Source of the DNA: Candidatus Latescibacterota bacterium
Lineage (GTDB): Bacteria; Latescibacterota; UBA2968; UBA8231
Length of the DNA: 64,000 bases
Direction: 5' to 3'
Assembly: GCA_965206595.1 (NCBI GenBank)
Contig: OZ242214.1
Coordinates: 2,272,001-2,336,000, forward strand
Shown: positions 57,390-64,000 of the stretch, piece by piece
Numbering within the stretch: the stretch's first letter is position 1
Layout of the letters: every line of letters begins with the position of its first letter
The notes under the pieces: model-generated
Seen by the model: the letters and a program-made list of their open reading frames with translations, nothing else
The model's database searches: none
What the model was told of the DNA's origin: nothing
Program-made: the position numbers and the translations under genes

Positions 57390-57840
57390 GAAGTTGCCTC
57401 CAGAACAAACCGCACCTGTTCCCGGCGCAGCATTTCATACGGTGTCGGACACTTGATCCCGAGACCGATGCAGACGTTGGGAATCTTGATCCTCTTCTTG
57501 GACGAAGACGGGATCTCGTGGGTGACCACCTCATAGCCGCCGGCAAGTGCGTGGGCAATCAGGTAGTAGTCAGCTACCTGAAGGAATGTGTCGATGGCGG
57601 TGGGCTGGTAGTTCTGGCTGTTGGCCCAATCCGACACTTTTCCAAGTGCTTCGAGCACCTCGGGCGTCGGCGCGAGAAAGAAACCTTCGCTGCGCTTCTT
57701 TCCCCATTCGGCAAGCTCGTCGTCTCCAGCCCCTGCGCGTTGGCCTGGATCAGCCAGTCCCAGAAACCGGGACAGAGGTCGAAGCCGTAGTGCAGGTTCT
57801 TGGCGCGTATGAAAACATCGGCGTCAAGGAGATACGCCAT
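57386..57840 (-). pseudogene. DUF4411-family PIN toxin (RosmerTA RmrT-like), disrupted by a short frameshifting deletion near 57730
   Basis: 'YLLDADVFI.AK…Y….CPGFWDWL' then a shift to 'AGDDEL.EW…ADYYLIAHA…VVTHE…KIPNVC'. Confidence 0.8.
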
Positions 57841-58989
57841 TCAAGAACCCACTTGCAGGCTTGCGGCGAACTCGCGCAACGTGGCTGTCTTCTTGATACC
57901 CAGAAGACGGAAGGACTCGGAGAAAGAAGTCCTTCCCCCCAAGGTGCTAGTGACAAGTGCGCGCCCGAACCGTAGGCCTACACGCCCCTTCAGAGTCGGA
58001 TGGAAGTTGCCGCCGCCTGCCGTTGTAATGGACAGTATGCGATCCAGCTCTTGCTGGTAGGCAACAGCGAACTCGCCGCGGTCGATTGCGCGGATGTCGA
58101 AAATCCGGCGAAGAACGACAAGGGTGCTCACCTTGAAATGGCGGGCCAGCCGGTTCAGCTGAGTTGGCAGATCCTCCCCCTCTCGATATGCATCCCATAG
58201 CGTCGTCTGGGGAACGAGAAGCTCAGCGGCGACGCGGTTACACCAGACCTCTATTTCGTGAGATGGGGCCGAGACTGGGTCCAGGTCCGAGAGCGCGGAC
58301 TCTCCGAGCCAGATGTGGGCAAGTTCGTGAGCCAGCGTGAACATCTGCGCGGCCTTGGTATCGGCGCCGTTGATGAAGATGAGAGGGGCGAGGTCGTCAG
58401 CGAGGGCGAAGCCTCGGAACTCCTCCGGATCGAGCTTGCGGCGGGTGTTGTTACCGACTATGCCGTTTACCATCACCAGCACGCCCAGGGAGTCGGCCAG
58501 CTCGATGAAGCGCCGGAGCGCCTCATTCCAGTCCGGCAGTCTTCGGCGTTCCTCCAGATCGAAACCCAACGCCGTCCTTATCCCGGCGGCAGTGGACTGG
58601 GGGTCGCTCGCCACCGTTGCCGAGCCGACGAAGGTCAGCGGATCCTCCCCTTCCATGCGGGCGTATTCCCGGTACCAGTCCTGCCTTTGTTGACAGAGAT
58701 ACACGGTGTCCAGCAGGTCGACGCTGGGGTGGGCGATAAAGCGATTGCCGACAGTACGCAGATCGGGTATCGGGACTGCTTCCTGGAGTGGCTCAGAAAG
58801 GAAGAAAGAGCCGATCGGCGCATGGGTCGCTTTAGCCAGTTGTTCGAGTTGTTTGAACGTCGGCTGTTTTTCCCCGCTCTCCCACTCGCGGTACTTGGGA
58901 AAGCGCTTGACCAGTGCGTCCGGCTCGATCCCCGCCCGCTCGCGCGCCCAGCGAAACAGCTCCGGTTTCACTTCGACACGCAGGGTCAT
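57841..58989 (-). CDS. XRE-HTH + ImmA/IrrE (M78) zinc metallopeptidase (RosmerTA RmrA-like antitoxin)
   Basis: N-terminal HTH 'WESGEKQPT'; 'FRGFAL', 'FTLAHELAHIW', 'E.WCN.VAAELL'. Confidence 0.9.
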   Translation of the reverse strand: MTLRVEVKPELFRWARERAGIEPDALVKRFPKYREWESGEKQPTFKQLEQLAKATHAPIGSFFLSEPLQEAVPIPDLRTVGNRFIAHPSVDLLDTVYLCQQRQDWYREYARMEGEDPLTFVGSATVASDPQSTAAGIRTALGFDLEERRRLPDWNEALRRFIELADSLGVLVMVNGIVGNNTRRKLDPEEFRGFALADDLAPLIFINGADTKAAQMFTLAHELAHIWLGESALSDLDPVSAPSHEIEVWCNRVAAELLVPQTTLWDAYREGEDLPTQLNRLARHFKVSTLVVLRRIFDIRAIDRGEFAVAYQQELDRILSITTAGGGNFHPTLKGRVGLRFGRALVTSTLGGRTSFSESFRLLGIKKTATLREFAASLQVGS

Positions 58990-61900
58990 CTACGACTCCT
59001 CCATTCCTGGAAATGGCGGCGCACGCCGTCGAGGCGCTCCTGGTAGTCCCAGCCTTCGTGAAAGGTCTCGAAGATATGGACGAGCTGGAGTTCGCTCAGG
59101 CCGTAGAGATGGGCGACCACTGCATCGAGCTCGTGGATCATGTCCTCCTTCTCATCGGCGGCAAGAGGACCGCACTTGACATCTACTGCTTTCGCCCAGT
59201 CGGCGAACCTCCTGTCCGGGCAGGCTAGACGACCGGCGAGAGCCACGGTACGCTTCCAGAATAGGCTGCGACGTTGCGGACGTGGGGTAGGAAAGGGGTT
59301 GAGAATGAAGAAGTTGAGATTGACCTCGACGAATCGCCGCGCGTACCAATCGAGAGGTATGGACGATAAAACACCGAGCAAGAACGCTTGGTCCTTCTCG
59401 TTACCACGTGGCCAGAGAAAGTACGGTCCTTTGTTGGTAATGAGCACTTCGGGTGGAATAAGGGCCGCTCGCACCGTCCGCGAATCTGTGGCCCTCGAAA
59501 CATCCCGAAAGGCTACCCGCGGGGCGAAGCAGGGCAGGGTCTTCGGATCCCGCAAATGCTGAGGCGGGAACTCTCGATGAGCGCTATCCCGGCGGCTCTT
59601 CCCCGACTTGAGGCGCTTGGACTGAATCCACTTGAGCGCTGGTTCCGGGTCTGCCCAAGCGTAGTAGGTGCCGGTATCCGGGGTCCATAAATCGAAGGAC
59701 TCCCCCTTGTAAACCGGCCAGAACCCGTCGGGGCACTCCTCGCTCTCAAGGTCCATCAGGTTCTTCTGAGCGGTGGCGTGAAGCTCGGTATCCGGCCGCG
59801 CCCGCCACTGCTTCGGCAGGTTCTGGTCGAGCCGGGGCGCCTTGCGCAGTTGCGCGAAGGCGCCGACCGATTCCTCGTTCGGCAGCAACGGCAGCGAGAC
59901 GCTGTCGTTCCATTCGCGCACCTCCGCGCTGTAGAAGGCAGCCGGTTCCCTGACGACCCCAGCATCGAAACTGGACCGCGCCGCGTAGGGCCCCCGCAAG
60001 TAGATCGATTCCTCTTCGGGAGTACCCTGTTTCACGCATACGAGACCGATCGAGTACTGCGGATGCACTTCCGGGAATACCCATTGGCGGTTGTTGACCA
60101 GCATCGTCACATCCACCCGTTCCGCATCGTCAAATATCGTTTTCCGGAAGTCGGTCGAACCCTTGGCGGCGAGCGCACTGCGCGGAAGCACGACGCCAAT
60201 GCGTCCGCCTTCTTCGCCGGTCAACCTCCAGAACCTCCAACAGAACGCCTTGTAGAGATCGGGATCTCCCGTTCCCATACCGGGATAAGCGCCGCCTACC
60301 AGTGCCTTGCGCATCTTCTCGGCCTCGGCCACCTCGCTCTGAAAGAGCGAAACCAGGTCCGCCCTTTCCTTCTGCCGCTTCGCTTTCTCCGCTTCCTGAA
60401 GGCGTTGGGAAAGCGCCCTCAGGCCGGGAAAGTGACGCGCCCAGAAGGCATGCTCTTCGATGGTCGCCTCCTGCCACGGCGGGTTGCCGAGGATCAGATC
60501 GAATCCCGGCCGTTCGCGGAGAAACACCTCGGGAAATGCCACCGGGAAGTGAAGAGCATGGAGGCTGCCCAGATCCTGCCGCGCCGTCCCTACCGCCTCC
60601 GATTCATCCGCCTTGTCCGCAAGCCGTTCCCAATCCTCAAAACGGAATTGAGTTACCGTCGGGTCTTCGGAGATGGGCTGTGCCGCGATCAGATCGCAGA
60701 GGGCTTCGGTGCTCCGGATCGCCTCGCGGGCCTCACGCGCTGCCTCGCGGGCAGCGGCGATGTCCTGCAACGACGCGTCGTTGATATTGGCGAGTCTCCT
60801 CAACGGGGCAGCCGCCTGGCCGAGCAGACTCTGAGCATCGACGGGAAAGAGCGGCAGGGAGCGCTTCTCGAACTCCTTCTTGATCTCGTCGAGGGTGCCG
60901 ACGCCGACCAGGGAGTTGCCGTAAACCAGGTTGTGATCGAGAAACGAGAGCGGCAGCCCGGGCACGAAGGTGTGAATCCAGACCGCGAGACGGGCGAGCT
61001 GGACGGACAGGCCGTTGAGATCGACACCGTATATACAGCGACGGGCGATCAGGCGCCGCAGCAGCTGGCCGTCCTCGATCGTGGTGCTCCCTCCGAGATC
61101 CCCCAATTCGCCCAAGGCGACCGCGCGAAGATTCGCCAGCTCCCTGCGAACCCCCGGCAGACTCCGCGCCGCCAGATAGTCCGCCATGCGCTTCTCGATG
61201 TGGTCGATGGCCCCGATGAGAAAATGCCCGGAGCCCATCGCGATATCCGCCACCCGGAAGTCGAAGAAAGCATCGGCGGCATCCGCATCATCCATTGCGT
61301 CGAGGCGCTCGAAGTGGTCGCTCAGGGCAGGCTCCAGTGCGCCATTCAACAAGTGTTCTACGGCGAATGGCTTTGTGTAGTAGCTGCCGGACGATTTGCG
61401 AGCGCCGGACCGGTTGTGCAGATAGGTCTCCCCGGCATATACGCTTGGTTCCTCCCGTTTCCGGGCAGGAGCGTACACGAGTTCCCCCTTCTGCTTCTTG
61501 AGCACAAGGTCGGACTCGGCCACAGCAAGCTCCGATTCGAGCAGGCCCTCGTAGATCGTCCCGAACTCGCGCACGCCAAGCGAGCGGAAATCGACCGGGC
61601 CCGGCACGCCTTCCGGGGTCTCGATAACCAGGAGATGGCGGAGGGCGGTCTCGAAGCACTCGTTCGGCAGGGTAATGGCAGCCAATTCAGCGCCAGTCTG
61701 GGAAACCGAGGCATCGCTCTCGAAAAGGCCGCCGTCATAGGCCGGCACGCCCCATCCGGCATTGCCCAGAGCCACCGCCTGCCAGAGCAGCGCAGTCTCC
61801 TTCCAGTGAGCATCGCCGTCGGCGATCGGTGTGCCTCTGGCGACCGCACTGGCCAATTCCTGCGCCTTCTGCTTCAAGGAGCGGCGCCGGTACGCGTCGT

Positions 61901-63023
61901 TGTGCCTGTAGGGCAGGAGATCGCGATCCTCCGCATAGGCGATGAACAACAGCCGGAACAGGACTGTCAGCGCCATCTCATAGGTGCGGGCGAGGTCTTG
62001 GGGCCCTGGTCGATCGATGCCGCGGGCCTCGGCGATTCCCCGCGCGAGTCCGGGGACCACATGGTCGTAGATCCGTTCCCGCAAACGCTCGGCGAGGGCG
62101 CCCGCAAAACGCTGCGATCCCTCTATGACCTGCCGTAGGCTCCCGTTCGGAGCCAGGGCCTCGGCCGAGTAGAGCAGCCAGAGATAGGGTGCATGCTCTT
62201 CGGCAAGCAGCGAAGGCTGGCACTCGATGTAGGTTTCGGTGCGTCCCCGACGGCCCACCCCCGCATCGACATCGGTCGCATACAGGCGAAGCCGGTTGCC
62301 CTGCGTCAGGACGACCCAGGGAAGGTTCTCGTCGTCGGCCTTCTTGAAGGCGTAGCTGATTGGAGACAGGCTGTTGAAACGGGGGGACCCAGCCTCCGCG
62401 GACTCGCTTTCCCGCAGCATGACCGCGAGCGCGGTGCGGCGCTCACCGCTGCGCAGGAGATAGGTCAGATTGTCGAGAGGCTCGACGGAAAAACCGAGGG
62501 CATTCAACAGATCGCCGTCGCGCTGGCTCAGCACTTGGGCAGCCTTGCGTCCCGCCTCAGTCCAGTCCTGGCGCTCAGGCACGCCCCGCTCCAGCTCGTG
62601 AAGGGCGAGCAATCCTTCGTTGTTGAGCCCCGGCAGCGCCGTCTCCAGCGACGGCAGGGCCTGCGACAGGAGTCTGAGCGCCGCGTGCCGGTCGGGCTGG
62701 GCGAGCACCTCCCGGCAGAGCCGCTCCACCTGTCCCACGTCCATGTCGGTATAGACCGGCGGCGACTCCCCGGATGCGCCGCACAGCGCCGCTTTCCCGG
62801 AACGCAGGACAATCAGGAGAACTGGCGCCGCACGCCGCCCCTTTCGCGCCTTCCAGCTGGCGATCAGGGTGGCGCGGGCGGGTGTGCGGGAGGCTTGAGC
62901 GACCGCGACCTCGATTGCGTTGGATCCTTTGCCGACAAACAGACCCACGGGTTGTAGGCCATGGGCGGAATCGGGGGTCCAGGGTCGAGACAGGAGGTCG
63001 GGAAGAAACGCGGCTTTGCTCAA
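58986..63023 (-). CDS. Large N6-adenine DNA methyltransferase (type IIG/Eco57I/PglX-like)
   Basis: 'GSYYT', motif I 'DIAMGSGHFL', 'IYGVD', motif IV 'GNPPW', C-terminal target-recognition region. Confidence 0.88.
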   Translation of the reverse strand: MSKAAFLPDLLSRPWTPDSAHGLQPVGLFVGKGSNAIEVAVAQASRTPARATLIASWKARKGRRAAPVLLIVLRSGKAALCGASGESPPVYTDMDVGQVERLCREVLAQPDRHAALRLLSQALPSLETALPGLNNEGLLALHELERGVPERQDWTEAGRKAAQVLSQRDGDLLNALGFSVEPLDNLTYLLRSGERRTALAVMLRESESAEAGSPRFNSLSPISYAFKKADDENLPWVVLTQGNRLRLYATDVDAGVGRRGRTETYIECQPSLLAEEHAPYLWLLYSAEALAPNGSLRQVIEGSQRFAGALAERLRERIYDHVVPGLARGIAEARGIDRPGPQDLARTYEMALTVLFRLLFIAYAEDRDLLPYRHNDAYRRRSLKQKAQELASAVARGTPIADGDAHWKETALLWQAVALGNAGWGVPAYDGGLFESDASVSQTGAELAAITLPNECFETALRHLLVIETPEGVPGPVDFRSLGVREFGTIYEGLLESELAVAESDLVLKKQKGELVYAPARKREEPSVYAGETYLHNRSGARKSSGSYYTKPFAVEHLLNGALEPALSDHFERLDAMDDADAADAFFDFRVADIAMGSGHFLIGAIDHIEKRMADYLAARSLPGVRRELANLRAVALGELGDLGGSTTIEDGQLLRRLIARRCIYGVDLNGLSVQLARLAVWIHTFVPGLPLSFLDHNLVYGNSLVGVGTLDEIKKEFEKRSLPLFPVDAQSLLGQAAAPLRRLANINDASLQDIAAAREAAREAREAIRSTEALCDLIAAQPISEDPTVTQFRFEDWERLADKADESEAVGTARQDLGSLHALHFPVAFPEVFLRERPGFDLILGNPPWQEATIEEHAFWARHFPGLRALSQRLQEAEKAKRQKERADLVSLFQSEVAEAEKMRKALVGGAYPGMGTGDPDLYKAFCWRFWRLTGEEGGRIGVVLPRSALAAKGSTDFRKTIFDDAERVDVTMLVNNRQWVFPEVHPQYSIGLVCVKQGTPEEESIYLRGPYAARSSFDAGVVREPAAFYSAEVREWNDSVSLPLLPNEESVGAFAQLRKAPRLDQNLPKQWRARPDTELHATAQKNLMDLESEECPDGFWPVYKGESFDLWTPDTGTYYAWADPEPALKWIQSKRLKSGKSRRDSAHREFPPQHLRDPKTLPCFAPRVAFRDVSRATDSRTVRAALIPPEVLITNKGPYFLWPRGNEKDQAFLLGVLSSIPLDWYARRFVEVNLNFFILNPFPTPRPQRRSLFWKRTVALAGRLACPDRRFADWAKAVDVKCGPLAADEKEDMIHELDAVVAHLYGLSELQLVHIFETFHEGWDYQERLDGVRRHFQEWRSRR

Positions 63024-63149
63024 GTGATCACTCGGTTAAAGAAAATGTCAGGCATTTGCTTAGGGAAACTGCCTACCTACCAGTCGTTTGTATTAGTGGT
63101 TGGGACATGGAGGACTACCCCATCCCCCCGGAATTGGAATTTAAGCGCC

Positions 63150-63956
63150 CTACTCCGGCTCGACCCCAATCGATTTCAGGAACTCCAGGACGGAGCGCTC
63201 CTCCTCCTGCGTATGGAAACCATGAGCCGCCCAGTACAGCCCGGTCCATGGCCCGCCGAGAATCCGGGTCCGCGAGTTGACGTCCACGCCCTTCCCGATC
63301 AGGAAGCGGATCGTGTCGAGCCTCAGGTGATAGCAGGCCAGACCGAACGCCTGCTCGACCAGTTCCTTCTCGTCCTCGGCGGTGGGAAAATGGGGACCGT
63401 CGTAAACCGCGGCGGGATCGAGCCGGCCGTCGGAGCCGAACCAGGACCGCACCCTGTCGAGGTCACCGGCGCCGGCGGCGAACAGCAGGTTGTCGATGCG
63501 CGCCCCGCACTGAACCAGCATGTCCACCGACTTCGTGTAGCTGAACATCAGGGCGTTCGCCAGCGGCGCGCCGTCATCGGCCACACCGTTCACGGCCGCT
63601 CCGGCATCGCACAGGACCTTCACCAAGTCCGGCTGCAGTCCCGCCTCGGCGGGATGGCAGCTCGAAACCAGCAGGCAGAGCGTCGTCTGATTCGTGCCGC
63701 CTCCATAGGTCCCCGCGAGGGCGTCGACCTCAGCCCCGGCCTCGAGCAGGATCCGGGCTATTTCCACGGCGTTCGGCGGCGTCTTCTGCAGCTCGTCCTC
63801 GATGCCATTGGCCCCCACGTAGTGCAGGAGGGTCGACCGGTGTTCTGACGGGGCGCGGGCCTCAATCAGGCCGGGGTCTTTCTGCAGCAGTTTCTTCAGT
63901 GCTGCCGCGTTCCCGGTAATGACGGTCTGTACAGCCTCGTCGAATCGCGTGCTCAT
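63150..63956 (-). CDS. Ankyrin-repeat protein
   Basis: 'TLLHY', 'ILLEAGAEVDA', 'LCDAGAAVNG', 'FLIGKGVDVN', 'TGLYWAA'. Confidence 0.85.
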   Translation of the reverse strand: MSTRFDEAVQTVITGNAAALKKLLQKDPGLIEARAPSEHRSTLLHYVGANGIEDELQKTPPNAVEIARILLEAGAEVDALAGTYGGGTNQTTLCLLVSSCHPAEAGLQPDLVKVLCDAGAAVNGVADDGAPLANALMFSYTKSVDMLVQCGARIDNLLFAAGAGDLDRVRSWFGSDGRLDPAAVYDGPHFPTAEDEKELVEQAFGLACYHLRLDTIRFLIGKGVDVNSRTRILGGPWTGLYWAAHGFHTQEEERSVLEFLKSIGVEPE

Positions 63957-64000
63957 TCTATCCCTTTCTCCCGGGAGGTTCGTCAGCGTTCTGCAGAACC

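Noticed and set aside
53967-63023. Canonical DISARM or BREX system
   Set aside because: Core genes drmA/drmB (DUF1998) and pglZ/brxC are not present in the window.

Overview
High-GC bacterial genomic window with no rRNA, tRNA or CRISPR array visible. FlgD-Ig C-termini and 'TAVxxxTW.xxK' C-terminal tails suggest Latescibacterota/FCB-group affinity (inference). In order: (1) 0.3-10.8 kb, a co-oriented secreted/lipoprotein cluster with three NHL beta-propeller proteins, cytochrome P460, an MbnP-like protein, an internally deleted MbnH-like peroxidase and a catalytically degenerate vanadium-haloperoxidase-like protein. (2) 13-28.5 kb, a four-gene DNA end-resection operon (degenerate UvrD-like subunit, active UvrD helicase, stand-alone Fe-S PD-(D/E)XK nuclease, RecJ). 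It is split by a 7.8-kb IS4-bounded nested element carrying an IS1380 remnant, two CBM9-like proteins, a TolB-like propeller and two tandem defensin-like Cys-rich peptides. (3) An ECF sigma / anti-sigma / exported caspase-like protease operon whose anti-sigma and protease share an R-x-K-G motif. (4) MNT-HEPN toxin-antitoxin, Fic and metabolic genes. (5) A 1736-aa exonuclease-RecQ-UvrD fusion. (6) A cytochrome c-YceI-DUF5777 cluster. (7) A defence-island-like block: NucS-like, Schlafen/AlbA-HATPase, ParA, and a convergent methyltransferase / ImmA-IrrE / DUF4411 / PLD-SNF2 / SWIM operon, followed by an ankyrin protein. Several genes carry internal deletions or homopolymer frameshifts, and some of these may be sequencing errors. 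All family calls come from motifs read by eye, not from database searches.
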